A stretch of 64,000 nt of DNA from Octopus sinensis (lineage: Eukaryota): positions 57,536,001 through 57,600,000 of the forward strand of contig NC_043012.1 in assembly GCF_006345805.1 (NCBI RefSeq), given 5' to 3'. Position numbers and translations under genes: made by a program. Below are positions 26,878 through 40,014 of this stretch, piece by piece. Positions within the stretch are counted from its first letter, which is position 1, and every line of letters begins with the position of its first letter. The notes below the pieces were generated by a model. It had not been told where the DNA came from. It searched no databases and saw only the letters and a program-made list of their open reading frames with translations.

Positions 26878-27302
26878 CACACACACATGCATGCATACAT
26901 ATATATATGTGTGTGTGTGTGTGTGTATGTGTGTTTGTGTGTATGTTTTTAAATTGTTTCAGTAATCAGACTGTAGCCACGCTGGGGCACTGCCTTGGAG
27001 AATTTTAATCGAATGTACTTATTCTTTGTAAAGTCTGGTACTTGTTCCACCGTCCTTTTTGCCGAACCGCTAAGTCATAGGGATGTAAACACACCACCAT
27101 TGGTTGTGAAGTGGCGGAAGGATATAAACAAAGACACATACACACGACGGGTTTCTTCCAGTTCCCGTGTACGAAATCCGCTGCCAAGACTTTTTTGTTG
27201 GCCCGAGGCTAAAGTAGAAGACACTTGCCCAAGGTGCTACGCAGTGGGATTGAACCTGGAACCATGTGGTTGGTAAGCAAGCTTCTTACCACACAGCCAC
27301 GT
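26130..27302. mobile_element. Three SINE-B copies (one + 3' half, two -)
   Basis: Family motifs. Confidence 0.85.
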
Positions 27303-28685
27303 CATATATATATATAATATATATGTGCTTGTTTCTTATGTGTGCTGATAGATGTACAATTATTACTGTTATGTTTGGCGCTCTATCATCATCCAGTGTT
27401 TTTAGTTTAGTAGTTAAGCAATTACTATACTTAGTAGTGTTACTAGTTATAAAATACAGACCAAATGTAAAAGAAATTACCATGAAAACAAGTTCATATT
27501 ATTAGTGCCTACGTACGTTTCACCATTATGGTTACTTGGAGCCCTGCATTAGATGTTCCAATTGTTGCTGGATGTCTAATCGGAACAGATAATCTGGGAA
27601 ATACTTTATTGCATCAAGTTATAGAAAACTAATGACATTAACATCTCTATAACTTAATGCAATAAAGTGTTCCGTGTTGACTCTACCTGCAGGGCTCCAG
27701 GCAAGCATAATAGCGAAACGTACGTAGGAGCTAATAATATAAACTTGAGCTGAGGTTGTAATTGACTTACTCCTCGTCCGAAATTTACTGGCCTTGTGTC
27801 GGAATTTGAAACCAATATTAGTCAAGCCTCCAATAAAGAAATCCCACCCCACTGCCTTTACAAAAATGGACACAACGGATAATGGATTCTTAGATATATT
27901 ATATTTGGAAAATATAAGACCGGATGTCGAAAGGGCAGATGTGATGCTTTCTATTATCTCTCTTTGCTATGTTGGATTAGTAAAATCGTTAGAAGCGTCG
28001 CAAAAACGCTTTGCGGGTTTTCTGTTAGTTCTTAAAGTTCAAACCCGCCAATGTCAATTTTGCTTTTTATTCTTCCGAGAGCGATAAAATAAAATACCAG
28101 TTAAAAACTGGGGGTCGATGGTGACTAAATAAGAAACCATTATACATCTGCTTATAGCGTTGGATTCGGTGAAGTTGTTAGAGTATCCGAAACATGCTCT
28201 GCGTCTCTTTGTGTTTTGGGTTCAAATCCCGCCAAGGTCGACTCGGCATTTTATCCTTACGAAGTCGATAAAATTAAGTACTAGTCATGTACTCAGGTTG
28301 ATGTAATCGACTAGCACCCTCCCCTCAAATATACTGGCCTAAACTAGAAACCAGACCTAAAACAGAACTAAATCTAAACGTGAAACTATAGGCATTCTTA
28401 TTGAGGACTGGCCTGAGTATAAACAGCAACAACAACGCACAACTGCAGAAAACAAAGCAGCAGATAAACTTACAATGCGCCAAGTCGGCGAGCCGGTTTC
28501 GATTCCTAGTCAAAGTCACTTCTCGCTCCAGTTATTCTTGAAAGGATCTTAAAACGTGTTCATAAAAATTCCAATATCTCTTAACAAAAGAAGCCGAACA
28601 TTTTACTTCTTTCGCTTGCCATAGCAGGCCACAATTCTGTTTCATTTAACTGCAATAAGATTCAAGCAATACTGTTATTCGGTCG

Positions 28686-28707
28686 CACCACCACCACCAC
28701 CACCACC

Positions 28708-28798
<91 letters not shown>

Positions 28799-28818
28799 CT
28801 TCTTCTTCTTCTTCTTCT
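28686..28818. repeat. Compound trinucleotide array (CAC)n(TAC)n(TTC)n
   Basis: Direct reading. Confidence 0.95.
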
Positions 28819-29822
28819 ATTTTATGGATAAACAGATTGAGCTACTAAATGTTTAACAAGAAAGATTTACTCCTTCGCAGCATCATTTCATAAAATTATT
28901 CAATTTTATTTCTGCTTCAACGAGTCATATTTCTCCATTTTCATCATTAAAGCTTTCTCTCTCTTTTCTGTCATCGACCAATATCAGCTTCATTTATTTA
29001 TTTATTTATTTATTTTAGTAGTTTTGTATTTGTTTTTTGCTTTCTGAGCCTCATGGTGGATTTGAAAAATCTTGGGAAGAATCTTAGAATCGCATTAGTC
29101 ATCAACAAGAGGCTATTCACATAAGTTATTTAAGAAGCGATAGAAGAAGCTTTGCAAAACAGCAAACCTTCGTATCAAACAAAATGAAGATACGTAACAC
29201 ACAAAAGTGGAATTGATTGCAAACGAAAAGAAATTTGTTGCGTTACAGAAAACCAGCTTATCTAAAAAGAAAGAGAGAGAGAGAGAGAGAGAGTGAATGG
29301 ACTTCGTAAATATTGGAATTGTATTAAGTCTCAAGTTCTCTTGAAATGCATTGGAAGAATTCATTATAAAAGGGTTGAAATCCACATCTTAATTCTCAGC
29401 GTGAAAATGAAAGAAAAGAAAGAAAGAAAACCACGAAAATTGTATACGAATTCGTGAGATAATAGAAATGGCTTCTAGTTTAGGTAGAAATGTAGTATAA
29501 TTTAAGGAGAAGGGGCTTACTCGAAACTATCGATCCCAGTGCTAGACTGGTTCCTTGTTTTATCGTCCTAGGATGGATGGATGGAAGAAAGGCAAATATT
29601 AAATCACCGCGGGATTTGAACTTGAAACATAACAAACAAAGTCGGAAGAAAAATCGAGAAATATTCTATCCTACACTCTAACGATTTTGAATCCACACCA
29701 CTAAATGAATGAGTGAGTATATAAATAAATAAATGTAAATAAAAATGCGGAACAGATTCTTTTCAGTAAGAAAAATAAGGAAGATGGTGGCCAAAACAAT
29801 ACACAATTTAAAGACACACACA

Positions 29823-29872
<50 letters not shown>

Positions 29873-30691
29873 ATATGTACACATATAAATAAGTATATAT
29901 ATATATGTGTATGTATATAATTATATGTATAGATATATATATTTGTATGTGTGTGTATATATATACATATATATATATCTACACACACAAAAATAATATA
30001 CTAAATAAATGTATTATATATGTATTATATACAAATAATCAAAAAGGTTAAATGATATATATCTACACACATATAATATACATGCACAAATAAAAATATA
30101 TATTCTTTTATTATATATATATATATATATATATATAATAACATATATAAAATATAATATATTTTATATATAATGTATATCTAATAGATATCTAAAAATT
30201 TACTAAATATATATATATATTAGATATATAAAATATAGAAATAGAATGTATAGCAAATATATGAATAAAGATATACACACACAACACACACATATATATA
30301 TATATACACATACGTATATATATACACACACACACACACATTAAATGTGATGTAAAAAAGAACGCACTGTGATAGACACAATGACAATGTTAATAGCGTT
30401 GAAATAATAGTAAAAGTAATAAATAAGAAAAAAATAACGATAAACATTTCGTTATAACTGTCAGTAAACGATTTGAATTAGACTTGATAAACAAAGTGAG
30501 AGAAAAAAAAAACGAGAAAGAGTTTTTGTAGCAGTTTATAAGAGAAGGACAAAGCTTTATAATTCTTTCTAAAAAACATTGGCCACAATATGGAGGTAAT
30601 GATATTCATGTGGGAATGCAAAATTGGCGTAAGAACATTAATGTGGGAATACATGGAGAGAACGGTATTAATGAGGGAAATACAACATTGA

Positions 30692-30945
30692 GGTGGAGGC
30701 GCAATGGCCCAGTGTTTAGGGAAGCGGACTCGCGGTCGTAGGATCGCGGTTTCGATTCCCAGACCGGGCGTTGTGAGTATTTATTGAGCGAAAACACCTA
30801 AAGCTCCACGAGGCTCCGGCAGGGATGGTGGTGATCCCTGCTGTACTCTTTCACCACATCTTTCTCTCACTCTTACTTCCTGTTTCTGTTGTACCTGTAT
30901 TTCAAAGGGCCGGCCTTGTCGTCGTAACCGACGGAGTGCTAAAAG
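30692..30945 (+). mobile_element. Internally deleted SINE-C with TSD
   Basis: TSD ACAACATTGAGGT on both sides. Confidence 0.9.
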
Positions 30946-31034
30946 AAAGACAACATTGAGGTAACGCTATTGATGTAGGAATACAACATGGGGATAAAGA
31001 TATCAATGTGGGAATGCATGGAGATAACGACATG

Positions 31035-31295
31035 CTTTTCTACTCTAGGCACAAGGGCCGAAATTTTTGGGGAAGGCGGGCCAGTCGATTAGATCGATCC
31101 CAGTACGCAACCTGGACTTAATTTATCGTGTTGTATTCTCATTAATTATGCTATCTCCATGTATTCCACACTAATATCATTAACACCATGTTGCATTCCA
31201 ATTAATATTGTTAATTCCGTGGTATATTCCCTCAATATCCGAAAGGATAAAAGGCAAAGTCGACCTCGGCGGAATTTGAACTCAGAACGTAAAGA
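31035..31295 (-). mobile_element. SINE-A2 interrupted by inverted minisatellite copy
   Basis: TTTATCG|...|CCGAAAGG is split by a ~110-bp insert. Confidence 0.85.
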
Positions 31296-32149
31296 TGGAG
31301 ATAACGATATTAATAGGGTAATACATGTTGCTAACGATGTGAATGTGGGAATACACCACGGAGGTAACGATATTAATGTGGAAACACAACATGGCGATAA
31401 GGATATTAATATAGGAATATAATGGAGATAAGGATATAAGTGTGAGAATACATGGAGATAACGATATTGATGGGGGAATACAGCATAGAGATAATGATAT
31501 TAATGGGAGAATACAGCTAAGAGGTAACGCTATTACTGTGGGAATACAGCATGGGGATAAGGATATTAATGTTGGAATACAATATGGATACAACAATATT
31601 AATGGAAATACAACATGGTAACGATGCGAATGTGGGAATACACCATGGAGGTAACAATATTGATAGGAATACAACATGGTGTTAATGATATTAATGTGGA
31701 AAAACATGGAGGTAACGATATTCGTGTGTGAACACTTGGAGATAATATTAACGAGGGAATAAACATGGGGATAACGCTATTAATGTAAGTATACATGGAG
31801 ATAACGATATTATTACGGGAATATACCACGGAATTAACAATGTTAATTGGAATGCAACATGGTGTTAATGATATTAGTGTGGGAATGCATGGAGATCGCA
31901 TAATTAATGAGAATACAACATGGAGATAACGATATTAATGTTGGAATACAAGATGGAGGTGATATTATTGTAGGAATACTGCATGGAGACAATACCTATG
32001 CAGGAATATTGACATGGAGATAGCATTATTAAAGCAACATGTAGAGCACGGGTTCTCTACATGTATTCATCGGTTCATGTAGAGAAGCGTAACGCTTGAA
32101 CCGATGAATACAAAATCAAAATCGGAATTATCAACCACTGCTCATACCA

Positions 32150-32560
32150 CCACTTCTATATCTAAGACTGCTGTTGCTCCTCCTCCTCCTCCTACTACTA
32201 CTACTACTGTTGCATCTGTTGTGGTGGTACTACCATTACTCCCACCACTACCACCCTCACTACTACTGCTACTACCACCACCACCACCACCACCCTCACT
32301 ACTCCCACTACCACTCTCACTACCGCTAACACTATTACTCCCACTATTACCACCCTCACTACTACTACTACTACTACTACTGCTACCACCCTCACTACTA
32401 CTAATACTACTACTACTACTACCACCCTCACTACTACTAATACTACTACTACTACTACCTCTGTCACTACTACTACTGTTACTTCTGTCACTACTACTAC
32501 TATTACTACCACTATTACCTCTGTCACTACTACTACTACTACCACTACCACCACAGTACA
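32150..32560. repeat. (ACT/CCA)-rich trinucleotide low-complexity tract
   Basis: Direct reading. Confidence 0.9.
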
Positions 32561-32712
32561 AAACGTATCGGAAGTGATGTTTATTATGTAAGAGTTTAAT
32601 ATTATAATAGCTTCCACCATTTGATATAAGAATAATAAACAGTCAGTGTATGTGCCTGACCCGAAAAGGTCGGTTTTCAGTGAAGTGCAGCTATTATATG
32701 GCTATACATATA

Positions 32713-32746
<34 letters not shown>

Positions 32747-33102
32747 CAAATATATATATATATGTGTGTATGTATATATATATATATATATATATGTGTA
32801 TATATATATATATACATATGTATTATATATATATATGTGTATATATGTAAGTAGAGTCCTTAGAAAGCGGAAATATTGACACATAGTCGACTATCTGTAA
32901 AGTGAGGGATGCTTGCCATGAATATTCTTCTTCTTCCTATTATTCCTGGTTAATTGTTATTGTTGTATTGTTTGCATCGCCCATTGTCTTCGTCTTTGTC
33001 CCAAGTGCCTTTCATTCGGTTGCGGTCCTTGAGGCCAATAAAGAAATAATAATAATAATAATAATAATAATAAGCAACAGCAGTAGCAGCAATGAACGAA
33101 AA

Positions 33103-33147
<45 letters not shown>

Positions 33148-33157
33148 CACCACCACC

Positions 33158-33208
<51 letters not shown>

Positions 33209-33953
33209 GCTGCTGCTACTTTTGGGACTGCAGTGAAAAGAGCCGTTTATTTGAGTTGGTTTGTTTTTGTATTTTTTTTTTTGCTGTTTCGATGGTAGTG
33301 TTGCAATTTGCTATTATTGTTCTTGTAGTAGTGGCAGTAGGAGTGGCGGCAGCCGCAATGGTAGTAGTAGCAGCTTTCATTGAATCTCTTGGCTATTGGA
33401 ACATATGTAAACTAGGACGGCAGTGAAGCAGTGGAGGGGGAAGGGGGACATTACACACATACACACACGTATGCACACATACATATACACGCATATGCAC
33501 ACATACCCATATACACACATACACATATACAGACATACACATACACATATAGACACAGATATACACACAAACACATATACATACACACATATACACACAT
33601 ATACACGCGTATATACACATGCACACATATGTATGTATGCGACGGCTTCCGTACAGTTTCCGCTCGTCAGATCCACTCAGGAGGAATTGGTCGACCCCGG
33701 GGATATAAAAGTAGAGACTTACCTAAGGAACTGTGCAGCCATATCTTAAAGTAAATAAAATGGGTAAATTTCTAACGAGTCAAGAGAGCGACTCGGTTTC
33801 GAGTCACGCGCGATACACTCCATCCATCCATCCATCCATCTGTTCATTCGACCGCTTTTGAGAAAGCAGGAACCATAAGGATATTAATTTTTTTTCTTCT
33901 ATTCTATACACACATCGAAAATGGCAAAGAGAAATCGTATTTTTCTTTACTAG

Positions 33954-34053
33954 GATCAACAAACTTCGTTACAGTTAATGAATGGTGGAACCACTAAAGA
34001 AGAAATCGCACTATTCCAGAGAAGAGAGAGTTTCCCTATTTTATTTAAAGATG
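33954..34053 (+). CDS. Candidate internal exon (phase 0->1), DQQTSLQLMNGGTTKEEIALFQRRESFPILFKD
   Basis: Acceptor GTATTTTTCTTTACTAG and donor GTGAGG. Open frame continuous with upstream candidates. Confidence 0.5.
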
Positions 34054-34144
34054 GTGAGGCAGTTTTCATTTACTAAAAATGAGAAAACACACCACGAATG
34101 CCCATCTTGAAAAAAAAAAAAAAGAATATAACCATTGTTGAGAC

Positions 34145-34420
34145 CAGTGGTTCCCAAACTTTTTAGGGTTACCGCCACCTGACACCCAGGCCACTTTCCT
34201 GGTGCCCCACCACTAACTTTTCTCTACAAACATAGACCTCTTTCTGAAGCAAATTCAAAGCCACTGCATTTCACAAATAAAACTTAATCTATTATTTTGT
34301 TGTTTTTGCATTAACTGATCCCTTTTGGCTACCCATAATCACCCCACTTTTCTTCAACGCCTCCTTAGAACTTTCCACCGCTCTAAGGGAAGGCAGTACC
34401 GTCCATTTTAGAAACCACTG
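34145..34420. mobile_element. hAT (Charlie-like) MITE
   Basis: TIRs CAGTGGTTCCCAAA / TTTTAGAAACCACTG. 8-bp TSD GTTGAGAC / GTTGGGAC (7/8 match). Confidence 0.85.
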
Positions 34421-34559
34421 GTTGGGACAGAGAGTAATTCGACATCGTATTTGTTAACTGCAATTGTTTTGGTTCTTTACTCTTTGTATTGAAACCCATC
34501 CGAGGTCGGCTTTGCTTTTCATCCTTTCGTGATTTCAGAATCACTAAATAAATAGTCAT

Positions 34560-34930
34560 ATTCATTATTTACATTTGACGGATATTTGTTCTCATCTTGT
34601 TTGTTGTTAGCACAACAGTTCGGCTGATATACCCTCCAGCCTTCATCGAGTGTCTTGGGGAAATTTCAAAACTGGCATTTCATTCCTAAGGTATTTTTCG
34701 TTGTTGTTGTTGTTTTTGTTATTCAGGTCACTGCCTGGAATCGAACTCGGAATCTTGTGGTTAGTAGCCCGCTCTCTTAACCAAGACACCTGATGAAGGC
34801 TGGAGGGTATATTAGCCGAAATGTTATGTTAACAACAAATAAGATGACAAATATCCGTCAAATGTAAATAATGTAAATAATGTACATAATTCTTCATCTC
34901 TTAAACATAGAACTATAAAGAGCCATATGT
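34560..34930. mobile_element. tRNA-headed element with hammerhead-like PLE tail (-) plus inverted copy of its tail (+)
   Basis: Minus strand: TGGTTAAG..GAGTTCGATTCC head, (AAC)n, then GATGAAGGCTG..CAGCCGAA. Plus strand 34790-34825: CTGATGAAGGCTG..TAGCCGAAATGTT. Confidence 0.7.
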
Positions 34931-35010
34931 CCGGTATTACAGGCATGTGCTTAGAAGGTCGCAGGAAAGATTCGCAAGTCGAATTCTTCTAGCCCACTGG
35001 GTTTCCAAAG

Positions 35011-35378
35011 TTTACTGCCTTTAGTCGAGCAAATCGACCTCAGGACTTATTCTTTGTAAGCCTAGTACTTATTCTATCGGTCTGTTTTGTTGAACCGCTA
35101 ATTTACGGGGATGTAAACACACCAGCATCGGTTGTCAAGCGATGTTGGAGGTGACAAACACAGACGCACAAACACACACATACACACACACATATATATA
35201 TATACACATATATACGACGGGCTTCTTTCAGTTTTCGTCTACCAAATCCACTCACAAGGCTTTGGTCGGGCCGAGGCTATAGTAGAAGACACTTGCCCAA
35301 GGTGCCACAAAGTGGGACTGAACCCGGAACCAAGTGGTTGGTAAGCAAGCTACTTACCACACAGCCACTCCTACGCCT
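35011..35378 (-). mobile_element. SINE-B
   Basis: Family motifs. Confidence 0.9.
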
Positions 35379-35457
35379 AAAGTTTAATATTCTTATTTGA
35401 AACAAAAAAAAATATTGGTCATGGCTAGAAATGGAATGAAAGGATATGGTCTGCTAT

Positions 35458-35697
35458 GTTTATATTTCTTTATTGCCCACAAGGGGCTAAATATAGAGAG
35501 GACAAACAAGGACAGACAAAGGGATTAAGTCGATTACATCGACCCCAGTGTGAAACTGGTACTTTTATTTATCGACCCCGAAAGGATAAAAGGCAAAGTC
35601 GACCTCGGCGGAATTTGAACTCAGAACGTAACGACAGACAAAATACCGTTAAGCATTTCGACCGGCGTGCTAACGTGTCTGCCAGCTCGCCGCCTTC
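35458..35697 (-). mobile_element. Full-length SINE-A1 with 17-bp TSD
   Basis: TSD ATGGTCTGCTATGTTTA. Confidence 0.95.
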
Positions 35698-36844
35698 ATG
35701 GTCTGCTATGTTTAGATGATCAAGACATAGTGTAAGGTAAATAGATCATGGCAGTGTTTTTACTTCTCCGCCGGGAGTTGAGTTCCCAAAGTAAGCTGTT
35801 AAATAGAAAACATTGTGACTGACACAAGCGAATAAGCATGCGCAGTAAAACAAGTAATCAATAGCAATTTTAATCAGCAAATGTACAAAAAAAAAATGAA
35901 AAAAAAAAGAAAAATCCTGGAAAAAATAAAAAAAAAATAAAAAAGAAGCTGGTAAAATATTCTTTGACCAGTTTTGTGACATACATGCTGGAAAGTAGTG
36001 TTCTTGAGGTTAAAAGGTATGTCAGTTCATAGGAGCCCTTTCATCTGAAGGCTGTTGACTAAACCCCGAAATCTGACCTATTAAAGGTACTTGATGTAAA
36101 ACGGGTCAAGAAGGACATTTATCTCTCGTTTTATGGGAATCGTGCTCGGCTTACAATAGTTTCTAAGCTCAGAGAACTGGTAATGGTGGTGGTGGTGGTG
36201 GTGGTAGTGTTTTTGTATGTATGTATGTGTGTGTGTGTGGAGTTTAGTCGACTAAATCGATCTTTGTGTCTGAATGGTACTTTATGTTATTGCTTGGTAG
36301 GTGGGGCAGCCAAGTCGGTTGCATCCGACTCCAGTATTGAACCAGTACTTATTTTATCGATACCGAAGAGATGAAAGGCAAAGTCGACCTCGGCTGAATT
36401 TGAACTCAGAATTTGAATTTAGAACGTGAAGACGGACGAAATGCCACTAAGCATTTTCCCCGGTGTGTTAACTACTCTGCTAGCTCGTCGTCTAAGAGCC
36501 AGAAGAAATAATCCTTTCTGCTATAGCACAAGGCCGGAAATTTGAGGGGAGGAGCATTTTGCCCGGCGTGTTAACGACTCTGCCAGCTCGCCGCCCTAGA
36601 GCCAGAAGAAACAATAACACGAAGGCTTTTTCTCCGATGCTCTCACGATTTTGTCAATCCACCGTCCTATGTGCAAAGCCAATAATAAGAAATTATCCGT
36701 ATCGTTGGATGCTCATACTATGCTGCTTATTTATTTATTATAAAGAAGTGATAAGCAGGCGTAGTTGTGGTTAAAAAGCTCGCTTTGCAACGACGTGGTT
36801 TCAGGTTCAGTTCCACTGCACGGCGTCTATGGCAAGTGTCTTAT

Positions 36845-37107
36845 ATTGGGTTGGTGCATAATTACTGCGGATTTTTTTCAGCAAATTTTATTCAACAAAA
36901 ACAATAACAATACCTAACAAAAACATCTTTAAATGACGGTCTTACCGTCTGCCAAGCAAATGGGAAGCAGTAATTGAAGTAGATGGTGAATATGCTCCGG
37001 AATAATCGCTTCAAGATGTTTTTGTTACATGTTGTTATAGTTTTCTTGAATAAAATTTGTTAAAAAAAGAAACACAAAAGCCGCAATAATTATGCACCAA
37101 CCCAATG
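36845..37107 (+). mobile_element. Mariner-derived MITE, cecropia/Hsmar1-like TIRs
   Basis: TIRs TTGGGTTGGTGCATAATTACTGCGG / CCGCAATAATTATGCACCAACCCAA. Internal transposase C-terminus RLPSKWEAVIEVDGEYAPE*. Confidence 0.85.
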
Positions 37108-37214
37108 CTATAGCTCCAGGCCATGCAATAATTTGTGAGTGAATTTGGCGGACGGAAACTGTGTGGAAACCCGACTTATATAAATACACGCATACGCATA
37201 TACACACACAGATA

Positions 37215-37428
37215 TACGAGGGAGTGATGAAAAGTTTCCTGGCTTTAAGGGTATCGCGAAAAGGCCTGTTTGGAGGCCCAATCTTCCAAATTCTTTTACA
37301 GGGCTTAGAAAAACTGAAAAACCGCTGCAATAAGTATGTGAATCTGAGAGGGGAACATGTTGAATAAAATCATAAATAGCTGGTACTCTTGTATTTACTT
37401 TTACCCAAAGCCAGGACCTCTCGTATAT
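37215..37428 (+). mobile_element. Mariner-derived MITE family 2 (other copies 48520-48725 +, 57377-57600 -, 57617-57845 -)
   Basis: TACGAGGGAGTGATGAAAAGTTTCCTGGCTTT / AAAGCCAGGA..CTCGTA termini. Encodes ..GLEKLKNRCNKYVNLRGEHVE*. Confidence 0.85.
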
Positions 37429-38056
37429 AGATGTATATGTGTGTTTGTGTTTGCTTTTCTACCATCAGTTGACAACCGGTTGGTTTGTTTACGTTTCCTT
37501 AAGTTAGCGCTTCCAAAGTGTAACATCCAAAAGATGGGTGTTACACTTATTGCTTGCGTTCCCGTAACTTAACGTCTCGTCAAGAGAGACGGACGGATAT
37601 AACACTTAAAAATAAGTACTGGGATCAATCTATTCAACTAAATCATTCAAAGCGGTGCTCCAGCATGGTGGAATGTCATGTTCAGTGGCAAAGTCTGCGT
37701 CATAAACTAAAATGTATTCAGTTATAGAGCTTCGGAAAAGACCAATGGGAGAATAGTGTGTGATTTTGTATTTGTCTATTCAGCTACAGCTAGCAGATGG
37801 TAGCTGTTTGAGAATTAGACATGTCTTCTATAAAGCTTCTTAACAAGACATGCTGAATTCAAGGTTCAGACGATTCCTGAGGTAATTTGATGTTATCTGG
37901 AAGAGTCGCATGTTTCTAGCAATTCCTGTGTTGCCAGTTGTGGCCGAAATTGATGGTTATTTGTCTATTTCGCTTAGTATATGATTACACATTGGTTTTT
38001 GAGGAAGAGAGGGTGAAAGAGTAAAAGGAAGTCAAAGTCAGATGAAATGAATAGAA

Positions 38057-38093
<37 letters not shown>

Positions 38094-38470
38094 AGAAGAA
38101 AAAGAAGAAAACAAACTTGAGAGCGTGTTTGAAGAGTATTTTCTGTGTAAGAAATCAGACAAACACATACATATATGCGTGTGTATGTGCATACATAGGT
38201 AAGAACACACGCACACACACACACACGCGCATGCACGCACACACACACACACACAACACACACACACACAGCGTCACTGAATCGTGTCTGTTGTCAACAG
38301 ATATCGTCTAAAGCGAGAATGGAGAAGTCATTCTCCGAAGATGAAACCCAACAGCAAAAGATACATTCACATTCAAAACTATTGGAAAATGTGAAGAATG
38401 AATATACACTTATTGTTTTGATTCTTGCAGTACTGCATGTTTACATAATATATATATGTATGTGTGTATG

Positions 38471-38512
<42 letters not shown>

Positions 38513-39273
38513 ATATGTATATATATGTATGTATGTGTGTATGTATATATATATATATATTATATATATATATATACACATACAAGGTACAAGAGGTATT
38601 TTAGGACATATTTTGTCATTTAGTACAGCTGAATTCTAACGAATGTTTTTGCATATCTATTCTTAATACGTCAAGGCAGGTTCAGACACAAAATACGCTA
38701 GTCGTTGTAGTGCATGTCATAGGAGAATAACTTCTCCCTTTTACGATGAAAGTGTGTTTCACACATTTGGCTCATTAGTGCACAGGATTCTAGGACACCG
38801 GCGGTTCGACATATTGCGCCTTGTCAGTCAAAAGTCGTCGGACCTATAAGCCTAAATCAAGCCACTGATTTTGTTTATACACTATCCAAGGAAAACCTAA
38901 ATCTATTGTAATAAACATTTGTTGTATATGTTGTCCATAAGTTTTGCTATAAGATTATTCCGTGAATCTGTTTTCAGCTTTGATGTCTGCTGCAATGTGG
39001 GACCGGAATCGTTGACAAGCTTGCATTTTTTTTCATTTCGGACATCATCTGGACAACGGTGGCCCACATGTCCAGCTGTGTGTCTGTCTGTTTGTCTGTC
39101 TGTCTCATATTTGTGTTTGTGTTTGAGTATGCGTATACATATAGTGTTCAATCATCGGAACTAGTCCTGTTTATGAGAATTCATCAGCTAAAAATATAGT
39201 TAAATAGCATTTTTGAATTTATCATCGTTTCCACACACACACACACACACACACACCACACACACACACACAC

Positions 39274-39323
<50 letters not shown>

Positions 39324-40014
39324 GGTTGTTATGTAAGAAGTTTGCTTTCCAACCACATGGGTCTTCACTCGGTATTGAGGATGACTTGGTAACATGTACC
39401 ACACTTTCGCTAATTGTGTGAGAGGCCTGTTTAGTCACGAGTGGACATAGATATCGTCTCAGCCCGTTCTTCAACAGGACACGTAGCCTGTCATAGCTAG
39501 AGGGACACACACACACACACACACACACCACATATATATAATATATATATATATATATATAAGGAGATAGATAGATAGATAGAGAGGGAGAGAGAGAGAG
39601 CTGTGTCAGTTCTCCGTTGATTTCGAAAGTAGAGTGTTGCTTTCGGCAGGATTTGAACTCGGAGGGCCGGGGCAAATATCGCAGCGCATTTTATCCGATG
39701 TCCAAACGCCACCGCCATTCTCTTTAGAAATCAAACGTTTCGACTGAGTCCTTCTTTCGGGGGAAAAGTTGACAGAAGTGAAATTTAAGAGAAACTCCTT
39801 TCATCTCTTCTCTGAAGAAGGACACTGTTTGAAACGCTGGATTTTTTCATTCCCCACCGCAAGCTCACTAAATTCATTTTGTCGATTTTACTAAATAACA
39901 GAAATCTTGCCGACAAAGATCAATACACCACCAGCCTCTTTAGATTTGTTTTATCATTTATACATACATAGATATGTGTGTGTATGTGTGTGTGTGTATT
40001 TATACAGTGTGAGA

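Larger units (their letters stand above)
30590..32040 (+). repeat. Degenerate 30/33-bp minisatellite, consensus CATGGAGATAACGATATTAATGTGGGAATA(CAA)
   Basis: About 30 diverged units, interrupted by SINE-C and SINE-A. Confidence 0.9.
36767..37670 (+). mobile_element. SINE-B split by two mariner MITEs
   Basis: SINE head 36767-36842, body ~37110-37190, 3' half ~37435-37670. Confidence 0.8.

Noticed and set aside
30960-32040. CRISPR-like array
   Set aside because: Contiguous degenerate tandem units with no unique spacers, in a eukaryotic context.
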